Below are positions 1-14,214 of a stretch of DNA of 64,000 nucleotides, piece by piece. Below the pieces are notes generated by a model. The model had not been told where the DNA came from and ran no database searches. It worked only from the letters and a program-made list of their open reading frames with translations. Location: positions 62,001 through 126,000 of the forward strand of contig NW_013547012.1 of the NCBI RefSeq assembly GCF_000711695.1, given 5' to 3'. Both the position numbers and the translations under genes were made by a program. Source of the DNA: Tilletiaria anomala UBC 951 (lineage: Eukaryota). Positions within the stretch are counted from its first letter, which is position 1. Each line of letters begins with the position of its first letter.

Positions 1-1536
<1,536 letters not shown>

Positions 1537-2070
1537 GTTTGAGGAGGGTATCGTCCTCGGGTTCCTTGCGCGTGACTGAAGCGACTTGCTTTCGACAGTG
1601 GCTGCGAATCAAGTGCTCGTGGAATGAAGGGGGGAACGGACTGCAGGCAGAACGGAGAAGTGAGCGTCACAAGAAGGTAAATGGAATGCCAAAAGCTCGC
1701 CCTCGTTACTGCATGTGGTGGATGATACCCGAGACTCGACTGTCGGTTGGGGGTGGCCGCACGAGCCATGCTATGCCAGCACACCAGATTGACTCAACGT
1801 ACTTCCAGCTCTCTCGGCCGAAAGATTTAACCCTCGGGCCCTCCTTCCCCTGCATCATGCACTCAGCCTGATCGTCATCGCGTGCAGCAGCCGGTTATGC
1901 TTTCCAATTCCAACAATTCCGGTCGGCCTAGCAAGTCGACAAAAGCATGAAGAACTTCAAGCTTAACGCTCGGCGCTTGGCGTGGAAAGGTCACGGAAGC
2001 CACACGGCTGAACACCAGGAGAATGGGAGCTGAATCGCATGCGTGGCCGCCAAGCGAACGTTTGACAATC

Positions 2071-5000
2071 ATGTCCTCTCAGAGCGCAGGCGATGCGGCT
2101 CTCGGTCGCGCACCGACGAAAGCAAACCAGCATGTTTTCAGCCGTGGAGAATCTTCCTTGCCCTCTGCACCGGGGCGTTACAGCATCCGGTCGTTCGTGG
2201 ACCGTCAACTTGTCTTGCTGCAAGCAGAGTGCGATGCGGAGCACACTTCGCAACAACTGCTGCTTTCCGCATTTCCGCCTAAGGTGCTCGCGCAAAATGG
2301 CCTTGCACTGCTGCATCTGAATGTTCGAGATGTACAGGAAAGCTGGGGTGCGACACTGTGCGTTATATCTTGTGGCTTAAAAGTCACAGTGTGACCAAGC
2401 TGATCAGCTCCCCCGCTTGTTTCGCGCACGACGTTTAGGGTGGAGCTGGTCATGTCCCCAGCACACCACACCGATACATCCGCCTTCCCGCCACACACTT
2501 TCCGGCCGGGGGATATAGCCGAGCTGCAAGACGAAAGTCAAAAGCAGTCTGTCCAAGTGCACGCTTTAAAATCTGCCAGCTCATCTTCGCAAGCAGCTGG
2601 GAGCGCAAGCTCCACCAAGGCGGAAACAAAGCTCAAAGGAAAGGCAGGCAGAGGCAAGTCCAAAGGCAAGGGAAAAGGCAAGGACGACAGTGACGGTGAT
2701 GCTGCTGGAAATAATGGAGTGCAGGCCAGTAGCAACCGTATCAAACCGAGCAAGCCCCTTTCCGCTGTCATCTACCGTGTGCACGAGAACAAGATTGTCG
2801 TAGCACTCAAGGTCCCTCCATCGTCGTACTCTGACAGACGGGCTCAAGATGGGCAAACAGACGCCTCCATCTCACAAAACTCCAAGCCGGCCAAACTCAA
2901 ACAGGGATCCGCCGCGCCCAATGGTTCCAACAATCTAAATGCCCACACCGCCATACCTTCTGGACCGCTGCGCCTTGTCAAGCTTGCGAATGACGCAACC
3001 TACGACCGGATGAAAGCTGCTATGATCAGCTTGGCAGATATCTGCGGCGTCAAAAGTGAGGTGCAGCACGCTCCCGTGCCACAGCCAAAGATGAATCCAG
3101 TAGTCCATGTGCACAGTGAAAGTCGTGCTCAGGGCGATGATACGGCAGATGAGCAGCTGTCGTTGCAGGCGGAAGCGGCCGATGGAGATCTACAGCAAAG
3201 GTCCGAGTCAGCAGCTGAAGTTGTTGGAAACTTACCTTCGGAACAAGATCGCATCAAGGATTGTGGAAGAGCGCCGAAAAAGGTTGCCAACGGAGAAGAT
3301 AGTGCAGAAGAGGATGAGGATGGCATGTCAGCGGCAAATCCTGTTCAAACAGATGGTGAAGACGATCCGTCTGTGTGTCAAGCTGTTGCCGCAGAGGCAG
3401 AAGAGAAGACCCATATTGGGCGCGTGCCACGGGGGCCAACACAGCTCATGCGCGCTCTCCTCGCCATGGCACCGTTTGATTCACGAGAAAGATGTGTTAA
3501 GCGAGGGAGAAAACTTCAACAGCCTCTGCCGATCGAACCACCTTTTCAGAAGCTCAATTCGTCGCAAATCGAAGCGATCCAACGTTGTCTACCTATTCCT
3601 CCCCCACCTAACTCGCACAGTAGTAGGCAAACTGAAACAGAGGCGGATCTGGTGCTACCATTTCATATCATCCATGGACCACCAGGGACAGGTAAGACAA
3701 CAACTGTCGTGGAGCTTCTCTTGCAGATTGCCCTCGGTGTTCGCTTGCCAGATCGACGTCCGTCATCGCACATCCCTTCTGCTGAATTCCGGCATGCGGG
3801 TGAAGAAAGCGACCCCGCTCCCAATCGACCAGCTCGAGTGCTGGTTTGTGGAGCGTCTAATTTGGCAGTCGACACGATCGCCGAGCGTCTGCTTGCTTCC
3901 TCTGCACCATGGAGCCCGCGTCTCCAGCAAGAAGGCGTCAAAGTGACGCGAGTCGGCCACCCTGCACGCGTGCTACCGTCGGTTGCGCAGAGCACACTCG
4001 ACGCCCAGCGCGAGTCAAGTGACCAGGGAGCGCTGCTCAAGGATGTCCAAGACGAGCTCAAGCGCGCCATGGAGGAGCTCTTCCCGACCACTGCGACGCT
4101 GTCATCCCGCGCTTCTGCACAGCAGAAGCGCGGCCTGAAAGGCTCGGCGCGCAAGGCTAAATGGGAACATGTGCGCGCGCTGCGGCGCGAGCTGCGCAAC
4201 CGCCAAAGCAAGCTGACCACCGACGTACTCTCCGAGACGCGCATCGTTCTCTCCACGCTGCATGGAGCGGGCGACCGCGCACTGGCCAAGATGCACTTTG
4301 ATTATGTCATCATCGACGAGGCGTGCCAGGCGCTCGAGGCGAGCTGCTGGATTGCCGTGCTCAAAGCGCGCGAAGACGATTTTGGCGGCGCCAAGTTGAT
4401 CCTCGCTGGCGATCACAAGCAGCTGGGACCAACCATCAAGTCGAGCAGCGCGGATATCGCTGCTGCCTTGGCAAAAGCAAGAGAACACTGGCGGGAGCGA
4501 CCTGAAGCGAGCGGCCGACCTGGGCAAGATGGTGAAAGCGATGCGAGTAACGTGCGCGCTGAGACGACGAAAGACGAGTTGTCGCCAGAATCTGCATCCC
4601 CAACTGACGACGAAGAAGAAGAGCATCCGGAAGCAGAAGTCGACCTTGAGTCTGGAGCTGAGGCAAGCTCGGAAGAACGGACCAACCCGGTCTCAAATCT
4701 GGATTCATCGCCGACGGTTGCGAAGAGCACAAAGAAGCACGCAAAGCTCAAACCACCGCGTTCTTTGGAAACCACACTTTTCGATCGCCTGCTGACAATC
4801 TACGGCCCGCAATGCAAGTCCCTGCTGTCCTTGCAGTACAGAATGAACGAGGAGATCATGGCCTTTCCCAACATGGCCATGTATGACGGCAAGCTGTCTG
4901 CCCATGCTAGTTGCGCCAAAATACGCTTGGCGGATCTCGAAGGGTTTGACGCCCAGACACCCGCTAGCGTTGGCAATACCAGCGAGAATGCGAGTATCAA

Positions 5001-5553
5001 CGCACCAGGCGAGTGGCAAGAGCCTGACCAACAACCATGGGCGGCGCCGGTCATGTTTCTAGACACCGCTGGCGCAGAGATGCATGAAAAGGCAGGGGAT
5101 GACAGCGGGGAGAACGCGTTGCGCAACGTGATCGCAACCGAGAGCAAGTGGAACGAACACGAAGTTCACCTGGTCGCCAAGCATGTGGCCACGCTTGCCG
5201 AACGTGGTCTTCCACCCTCGCATATCGCCGTCATCGCACCGTACTCGGCGCAAGTCGCCGCGCTGTCCGCGTTACTGCGGCCCATCTACCCGGAGCTCGA
5301 GATAGGGACGGTTGACAGCATGCAAGGGCGCGAGAAGGACGCGATCATCCTCACGCTGGTGCGCAGTAATAACGAAAAGCAAGTCGGCTTCCTGCGCGAG
5401 AAGCGCCGTCTCAACGTCGCCATGACGAGGGCCAAGAGGCATCTTTCTATCGTTGGCGATTCTGACACGGTCGGAGGCTCTAGAGAAGCATATCTCAAAA
5501 AATGGATGGATCACCTGCAAGAACACGCAGCGATAGAGTATGCATTCATGTAG
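2071..5553 (+). CDS. HCS1: Superfamily 1 (Upf1-like) DNA/RNA helicase, Hcs1/IGHMBP2 (SMUBP-2) type
   Basis: Motifs HGPPGTGKT, SNLAVD, RVGHPAR, IIDEACQALE, LAGDHKQL, QYRMN, IAPYSAQV, TVDSMQGREKD and RRLNVAMTRAK are present. First exon begins at ATG 2071. One 5' intron, probably ~2348-2407 (frame-compatible, acceptor uncertain). Confidence 0.92.
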
Positions 5554-5584
5554 CATAGAACATGCATCTCCTTTTGTTTCTGCT

Positions 5585-7681
5585 TCAGGCCTCCATCGAG
5601 AGGGTCTCAAAGCCAAAGTGGGTGAAGGAAAGAGGATAGTCATCCACATCTGTGTGAGCGGTGGTCGAGTGCTTGCTGCCCTCTTCTGCAAGTGACAGCT
5701 CGGCCAGCCGCGTGGCAACACGGTCGGCCGCCTCTCGAATGCCGCCAAGATTGAAAGCGCCGGGTCCTACTTGCAGAGCTGATGCAGCGCCGATCATAAA
5801 GAACGGCACATCTTTGGTCCATTGCAGATCCTCCGTCAGCATGGGAAGACCGCCGTACATGGGCACAGGATGCTGCTCTGTGAGCTTATGCATGAAAGGT
5901 AGCTTGGAAAAGGCAAGCTCTGCTCCCGTAGCTGCAACGATGTAGTCGGCTGTGAGGTCGCGATTCTTTGTGATGGTTTCCCGCGACGGCGTCCCACAGA
6001 GCGAAACAGCGACTGTCTTGAGCTCCTTTGTCATCAATGTGATGCTGTTGACGCCTTGTTCGGGTATCCATTTCCAGCCCGTCACCTCGGAGAAAGGTAG
6101 TATTTCAAGTTTGCCAGCTTCCTCCCATCCCTTCAAAATGCGTGCGTAGATTGGTGTGATGCTGCCACCTTCCCGGGCAGCTCGAAGAGCGAGCAACCGC
6201 TTTTGAGGATCATCCTCTTGCCAGAAACGCATTTTTTGCAGGTTGGAGTATTTTCCCATCCATTCATCTGCATTAGCGTCCAGAAAGGTTGTCAGTAATG
6301 GCCTCGGCTGTACGAGATGTAAGGAGGAAGACCTTACCGCCAACATCGAATGGCTTGCCTATAGCATTGGAGCCCACGCAAAGTGTCAGGCTGAGTTCGA
6401 GAATAACGTGCATGGGATGGACTCACACTTGAGATGGCCACGGAGGAGCAGAATGACTGAGTCGAAATGATGATGCTTCAAGCACAAGTCGATGATCTGC
6501 GCGGACGTGAGTCCTCCCCCAATGACGACGGCGGTGGTCTTGTGCCCGGCCAGGCGTGCAGTCAGCACGTGAGGAGGGGGGAAGGCAAATTCCTTACTGG
6601 CGAGAGCGGAAGAATGGCACCATCCCAAGCCGCTCGCTGACGCTGGCTTGTGTTGATCAGCTTTCTGTTCACGGAGAAACAGAGAAGGGACTGCCGGCAT
6701 GCCACCTGGACCGACGGCAGCAACCACTGCCTTTGACACGACAGTCTCGCCAGAGGCAAGCTTGAGCACAAACCCGCTGTCTTGCGCACCACAGAAGCAC
6801 GTGCCATCATCCTGCCACTCAAGGTCTTGCACCTCTCCCTTTACGACGGTGAGTTCAGAGCCAGAACATTGTGAGTGAGTTGGTTGTTCCAGCAGTTGTT
6901 CCGCGAGGCCTTTCCACGGTGCAAGCAGGCCTGGTAGGCCGTAGCGATCGACAATGTCCTCGCGGATGAATTTGGCGAAGAGGTCCGTAGACGGTGTGTA
7001 AAAGTCTTCCCGCGCACGCTCGTTCACATTGACGCCGAGGTCGAGCTGGCACTTGCGCCCTGATCGCTTCTTCTTCTTTCGGTGGTTTGATATCTCCTTG
7101 CCGACAACGCCGCAAATTTCGATGAGGTCAGGTAATGATGCATCCGAATGGCCTTTGTTGCGCGTGTACAGGACGCTAGGATTTCCGAGTCGATTGCGAT
7201 TGCTTCGCACGGCGTATGCGAGCAAGTCGTCGAGTCCCGACGGTGACGGATGGAAGAACATTGGCGACCGCAGGTGGGTGATCTCGAACGCCTTGAACGA
7301 TCGGTTCCATGCTCCAAGCCAGCCTTCTCCGAGCTTGTCTATGACGAGAACCCGAGGGCAGGCACAACGGCGCAGCAACCTCGTGCAAATGTCGCCACGG
7401 TCCTTCGCTTTGATGTGCACGCCTTGAGAGCTCTTATACGTCTTTAGCGTCGTACGGCCGCGAGACTGACCGTTGGTGCGGCGTTGCAGCCAGTGCAAAT
7501 GAACGCGCTCGTCCTCGGTGTACAATGCGGCTGGGCGCTCTTCGAGAATGCGAGAGAGCAGAGCGAGGGCACTCGGCCCCGAGCCGATGATCACGAGGTC
7601 GTACTCGGCATAAGCGTCAGCTGCCACCGTGGTCGGCCCGCAGCTTGCCGGCGAGCTGGTAAGAGAAGGAGCCTTGTCCAT
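5585..7681 (-). CDS. FAD/NAD(P)-binding oxidoreductase (lysine N6-monooxygenase-like fungal family), substrate unknown
   Basis: Two Rossmann motifs (IIGSGPSAL, VIGGGLTSAQ), HLRSPMFFHP, and C-terminal LQVGPGAFNLGG. Introns 6359-6426 and 6268-6337 flank a 21-nt micro-exon (KPFDVG). Start taken as MDKAPS at 7681. Confidence 0.82.
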
Positions 7682-9102
7682 GACGAGGAGATGAATCAAA
7701 GTTGCCTCAAGCTTTTGCGACAAACGATGAAGGCCTTCAATGTTTCTGAGCATGGCCGTCTTTACCTCACATACGATCTTCCAGTCTGCCTTTAAATAAC
7801 AGCTTGAGCGAAAGATGGTGTGCATCGCGACCTTGATAGCCACCGGTTAACCTAGAGGGTACACATCTTAGTCAAAATATGCCAGAGTATGCATTTCAAA
7901 TCAGAGGAGCCAGACGAGTCAATAACTCGGTCTATGCTATCTGAAGGTCAGGCAGGAGGACATTGCTAGCATCCGTCAGCGCTCAAGCGCTCTGACGCTC
8001 GATGCTTGAGGCTTGGGGCTTGAGGTATTGTACACGTTATTGGATGCATCACAGTGCATGCAATGTGCATTACGCACAGAGGAGCTGCGAGCTGGAGGGG
8101 AGGGGGCTCATGCGCCCATTAAGGATGAAATTCAATTTGGCTGCGCGTTGACCCAAATCGCGGCACTGCTGTTGGGCCATCGTGCTACCCTCACGGCTCT
8201 ATTTTCGGTAACGGCATGCTCCTAGTCTCTGCTTTGCGCGGCCTCTTTGGAAGTCAAAGGAGCACTGCCTGAGCTACTCGCGATGCCGCGTGAGAACGCA
8301 TTCTCACTCCTCGCTTCGAGAGGCGGAGGCCGCACATATTATCAGGCCAGCAATGAAAGGACTTCAATTCGGCCGCGAAGGTCCTCATTCACCCATCCAT
8401 GCTATCCGTGGGTTCATCCAAGTTCTACCTTTGTATCCTTCTATATAATGGGAACAAAGCATTGTTGCTGGCGCGCCTGGTGAGATCGTCAGTAGACCAC
8501 TATGCAGGGCGACACCTGACAGAGAACAAGGCTGGCCCTCGCTTATCGCGGCTACTTGGTGAAGATGGGTGCGCGCCGACATGTGTAGCAGAGGCGCACA
8601 ACAGGATGGGAGGCGGGCAATGAAGCCTAGGAGGGTGAGGGAACCTGCTGTAACCTTACAGCTGGACTCTTTTCGCCGATAACGAAGCGTCCGAAGATTC
8701 CCACCCATATTTGTCTCTAGACACAAGGAGGGGCTCACAAACCCAAGAGCAAGAACCGTAATGGGCAAACTCGAGTTTCTCACACACGCTTCCAAAATGA
8801 AGCGGTTATTGTTTCCGATATGGAAGGATACATGCAGTGCGAGGGTGCAAAGTGAGGAATGGGCGGTTGCCAATGCAATGTCATGTCGACGACAGTGGCG
8901 ATGTGGTTTTTAGAGAGAAAATCAGAAGCTATCCCCAAAAGGGCGTGCCGGAACGAGCGGCTCGCCATGTACAAAGAAGAAAAAGGCAGGAATCACAGGG
9001 CTAAAGGCACCGTCACGCAAGGGAGCATGCAGCGGGGATCAGGCGCCCAGCAGAGCCAAGAAAGCGGATACAAGGAAAAGCCTTCTGGAGCGCAAGAGCA
9101 GC

Positions 9103-9822
9103 TCAGAGCTTGGGGTGGCAGTTCTTGTCGAGAAGAGTGTAGTCGATGTTGTCGATGGCAACGGCGTTGAGGATGGGGATAGTCGATTCGGCCTCAAAGG
9201 TGACCGTGTCGAGGTTGCACCAGGTGCCTTTCTCGAAGTTCGCCTTCACGGGCTTGGCGGCGAGGAGGGGGCTGCCAGCCTTGAAGTCGAAGCTCTTTGT
9301 CACGACCTCCTGGCCATCGCGGAAGCCGTGGACCTTAAGCGTGCACGCCGGCTGTGGGAGGTTGATGATCGACTCGATCGTGTCGACGAAGCAGGCGAAG
9401 TACAGCGAGTGCAGGTTCAGGTACTTGGACTTCGACCCGGGGTAAACGACTGTCACCGTCGGGGTGCCCTGCGTCAGCTGGTTCAGAAGACCAAATGCAA
9501 TGACGTTCGGCGGCGAAGGCGGCTTGACGGGCTGGATGCTGAGGCCGAAGAGCTCCGTGTCTGCGCCGCTGAAGCCTTCGTAGTGCAGGCCCTTGTAGGT
9601 GCCTACCGGGTTGACAATGGGCAGGGCGAGCGTGTAGCTCTGGTCATCGAAGGCTGTAAGGGCAAATCACCGTCAGCAAATGCTCCCGGACGGCAAGCAG
9701 GGCGTTCCTGTACGGCACTCACTAGCAACTGACTTGGTTGTCTTGCATTTTGGCTGGGAAGTCTTGGGCACCGCGGCGGCAAAGCCAGCAAGGGCGAGGA
9801 CAGAAGCGGCGAAGAACTTCAT
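9103..9822 (-). CDS. Small secreted protein of unknown function (TFDD...LxSLYFAC pattern, tentatively DUF7371-like)
   Basis: Signal peptide MKFFAASVLALAGFAAA at 9822. Intron 9654-9722 joins into an open frame with strong GC3 codon bias ending at 9103. Several cysteines. Confidence 0.8.
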
Positions 9823-9958
9823 TGTGAGGGTGTGAGAGAGGTGACGGCAGGAAGTGAGAAGGGAATAATGAAAGAGATGTTGAGCAGGTCGAGCAGATTG
9901 AGCACGGTGATGTCTGGAGGACGAGAGGGAAGAACAGTGGATGTAACTCTCTCCCTCT

Positions 9959-9965
9959 TTTTATA
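9959..9965 (-). promoter_or_regulatory. Probable TATA box of the secreted-protein gene
   Basis: TATAAAA on the minus strand ~140 nt upstream of ATG 9822, followed by a CT-rich leader. Confidence 0.45.
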
Positions 9966-12688
9966 TCTTTGGCATGTACTATTGATGCGGTCAGTTTTCG
10001 CTTCAGGCGTTCACTTGAGGCACTCATGCTTTGCCTCCTTTGCGATTCCAACGATGACCGTACGGCGAACACCCCGAGAGACCCCCTCGAGGGCCATCAG
10101 AGCCTCTCAGAGTCTCCCAGGAGATCACTGTGAACAGGGGGGGCGAGCCAGAATGACGAGTCAATGAGTATGCATGCACATTGAACCCCTGATGCCACAA
10201 GCGAAGAGTAGCACATATGCACAAGCCGCTGAAAGCCTGTATGCATTGGACCGTGGTCCACACGTGTCAGCTGCAGGAGGACGTAAAAATCCACTAAAAT
10301 TGGACGGCTGTTGCGAGCTTGGGACAAGATGCGACTTGAGCTTGTCCATCATGAAACGTCGCGTTGACGTGGCTTTTGTTGCTGGGCGTTGCGGTCCCGC
10401 TGTTTCCAGTTTGATGAAGCGCTGTCAGCGGTGAGACTCATGCTTGCGCTTCTGCGGGAGCTAAGGGGGTCGACGGGATATGTATGTACTTGACTGCAGT
10501 CTATCAAGTCTGCATCTGTCAAAAAGTAGAGGGGGCGTTCCATTGGTTGTGCCATAGGCAGGGTAGGGTGAGATGTCGATCATCTCGCTTAACAACCCGT
10601 CATGTAGGGTATCGCGAGTACCTCAGGGCCTTTTTGAAGTCTTGCACTGGGTCTTGCAGAGTCTCGCCGGTCTCCGTTGCATCACTGCGCTGGTCAATAA
10701 TTCAGAAAGCTACCAATCCTAATCAGCCTATAACACTGGACAGATGGCAATTGAAATGGTTTCGCGGGACTGTTGGAGCGCACAGGGAAGAACAGGCTGC
10801 ATAGAGCAGAGCACTAAATCCGAAGCGAGGGGCAAGTCCCACAACTGGAAATCGTCTCTGAAATGAAGGAGTGGAAAACACCAACTGAGAAACACGGAAC
10901 AGGCGGAACGCAGATGGAAGGCGCTCAAATACTGACCTGATTACATAAGCTGTGCGTGACCACTGCGAAAAGCGCCGACGCACCACTAGACGACTCACGG
11001 CAGCCTGGTGAGTGGTCTACATAGCCTGCTGGCGCGTTGATGCGCAGCAAGCCACAAATCGGGGAACCTTCAGACTCCGACACCCCGGCGCATGGCGATG
11101 GCGGAACTCTGGAGAAAGTCTGAGACAACCGCTGAAAAAGAGTTGACGTTCACTCGCAAGGACAAGTGACTCGGGCCGAGGCGGTCAATCTCTTCGGAAG
11201 AACTGACGAGATCTGAGAGGAAAGGACAGAAAGATCTACAGTACACTTGCATTGATGGGCCTCCGTCTCTCTGCTCATGTGCCTGCGTGATCTGCATCCC
11301 CCCTGCTTCTGCGCGCTTTTCGCTACGTCAAGTTATCGAAGACGGAACACCCCTCGGGCGGTTTCTCTCCGCGACAGCTCCCAAGCTCGATATCGGGCGC
11401 TCAGACGACTGAGTATGGACGTACTCGTACATACATAGATTGCTGGGCGCTAAGCGCAGACCGGAACTACGTCTTCAAGCAAAATGATTAAGTGAAATGG
11501 GCATTGCATACATCCATACCTACATGGAATATGTACACGCTACAATTTGCTATAAGTGTGTGTTGTGTTTGTGCACGGATAGCCCCTTGGCGCTTGCAGA
11601 GAGTGCAGGTAGTGTGCAGGTGCCTGCAGTTAGGCGGCCAAATACGGTGAGATACAAACCATTGAGCCATGCACCTACATAGCCCTCTATAATACAAAAC
11701 CCTAAACACCGTGTTCTCCTACATACCTCAGTTCCCAACCCCACTCATCCCCAGGCCTTCCCAGCGCCCAAGGTCCAGTACGTCAGCCCCGAGACAAGCC
11801 CGGGCCTAGTTGTGCCCATTGCCCAAGCGCCGGCTACGCGTCATGTATGTATGATGCGTGAAAGCCTGTGTAGACTCCAGAGTGCAGACCCAGGCAGACC
11901 AGAGTAGGTTCACGACCTGGGTGCCAAGTGCAGCAGGGCTCAGTCCCGACGTTGAGTCTTGGAGACTGGGCAGACCCTGTGCAGTTTTGAGATGGGGCAG
12001 ACCGCCGACTCGCAGAACATTCTATAATAAAAAGTCGTCGCGCTGCGACCATCATGGAGAAACCTAAGCATCACACAGCAAGCACGGCAACTTTGTTCAC
12101 GATTCGAACGGTGCAAAGATCTAGGGGACGTACGCAAGTAGCGTGCTGCGGCAATGCTCCGGTAAATTACTGCACGGTGGAATATGCGACCATGACGGGT
12201 CGATGCTGATAGGTGTATAGCAGCACAAGTGTAATCAACAACGCTTGGCTCCTTGCCGCACCAAGGTTGCTCCTCGCTTGCTCGCTGGCAAGAGAGAGAT
12301 AATGTATGAGTGTACACCGCCTGCAGTCGGCGGCTGAGAATGACAATAACATGGTGGCAGTAGTGATGAATGATGGACGATGAACAATGAATGACAATGA
12401 TGATGGCGGTGGCGGTGATGGGCTATACGACGATGGCGATGGTCTAGATCACGTAGGACGTCGATGAGAAGCTAGATGCACTTGTCAGCAAGTACCTAGC
12501 ATAGCGTCGCATGCAAGGGCGGGTGCAGCGCGACAAAAGGCAGGGAATAGAACATATGCAATAGTCCGTGTAGGGAGCCGCGGGTCCCCAGAAAGCGAAC
12601 GTGAAAAAGGTGGCCGTGACGCGGTATCGCATCAGCGCGGGCGGCGGCCGTTTGCGCGTAGGCGCTGCAGGGAGGGTCGCACGCCCGC

Positions 12689-14214
12689 TCATAGGAGCAG
12701 TACAATGCTCAAGGCAGTGGCAGCGGCCCCAAGCGCGACAGCGTCGCTTATCCGGAGAGTGCCCGCTGCCCTGCTGCTGTTTGCGTGGGAGCCAGAGCCG
12801 CTGTCAAAGTTGCTCGCGCTGCTGGTGCCAGACTTGGCGCTGGGTACGCGCTGGCCGTTGCCTGCGGCGCTCCAGCCGACTGGACGCCAGCCGGTAGGGA
12901 GCGTGCCACTGGAGAAGAGTGCCGCGCGGCCCTCGGCGGAGCCAAAAACGAGCGCCGCATCGTGGTCGGCGTTCTCGATGACGATGAGGCGGTGTGCAAT
13001 GACGTTGCGCGAGACATTCGACCAGTCCGGCAGGTGCTTGAAAGTCGCATTGAAGCCGGTGAGGTCAAAGTTGGTCTTGGCGAGCGTGTTGATGTACTTC
13101 CAGTACGCAAGGTTGCGATCGCGGCGCTTCGGCCCGCCCTGCAGCTGCGCCATGCAGTACTCATCGCCGGACGACTTGACGTCCTGCAGACCGATCATGC
13201 TGACGACATCGCGCTGAATGTACTGTGCAAAGTAGTCGATCGGCAGCTTCGGGGACGTCGGGTTGACGTCAGTGGTGAAGTTCGCAAAGCCGTACCGCCA
13301 TGTGTTGTACATCGGGCAGGAGCTTATGTTAGCAACGGATGCTTTGACCTGCGGCCGGTCCTTTGTGAAGTAGACGCTCGACGATGGGTCGCCATAGATG
13401 TATCGCACGTGCACGTTTGACGGCGGGCTCTGCCCGACGACAGCGTAGCGCTGCATCAGCTGGCCGCCGCCACCGTGACCGACAAGCGTGACGTTCTTCA
13501 TCGCAGGGTACTTTGTCTGGTCGGCAAACTCGGCGACAAACGCGTCGAGAACGTCAAAGGCTGAAGCTGTTGTGCCCTTGGGGTGCGTCGCAATCTCGCC
13601 GGCCTGCCACGCGTTCACGTCAGACCAGCCGAGCTCGTGCTCATTGTATTGCCCCTCGTTCAACTTGGTCGAGAAGTACTCGGGCGCGACGACGATTGCA
13701 TCCTTGTCCACGCCTGGGTACTTGGCTTTGACGGCATTCGTCAGGGCGTCATCCATAACTTTCCAGTACTTGTCGCCGTCTCCTATGTGCTCATGGACGG
13801 TTGTGAATCAGCATTGACCATGGGACGACAGTTTCGGTTGTGGAACCACTCACGTAATCGGCCATGGATCATGACAAACGCATGTGTTGCGGTGCTGTTT
13901 TTCGGGTTCGCGGTCCAATAGGTGCCAATCATGTCACCATTGGTCCCGACCGGCAAGTCTACAAAGTTGGCCCCCGAAGGCTTATTGATGGGACCATGGT
14001 CCTCGCCTTCGCTGCTCGTCCCCCCGCTCATCACGGTCGAGGCATCTCGCTTGCCATTCACCAGCTCTGCGGGCAACGCATCCTCCGTGGAAAGACGGTG
14101 CCGTTGGACGAGTGCCGCGTGTGCTTGCTTGTGCGGTGATGATGCAAGCGACGTAGTGATCTGCGAGAGTGCAAGGATGGCGCCCGCGAGAACCGCCTTT
14201 CTGAGGACCTTCAT
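12689..14214 (-). CDS. Secreted, probably GPI-anchored alpha/beta-hydrolase-fold protein
   Basis: Signal peptide MKVLRKAVLAGAILALS and a KR Kex2-like site. Intron 13783-13853. Motifs IHGRLRD, LVGHGGGGQLMQRYA, DPSSSVYF, CPMYNTWRYG and ADHD. Ser/Gly-rich stalk then a hydrophobic C-terminus (ALSIVLLL). Confidence 0.85.
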
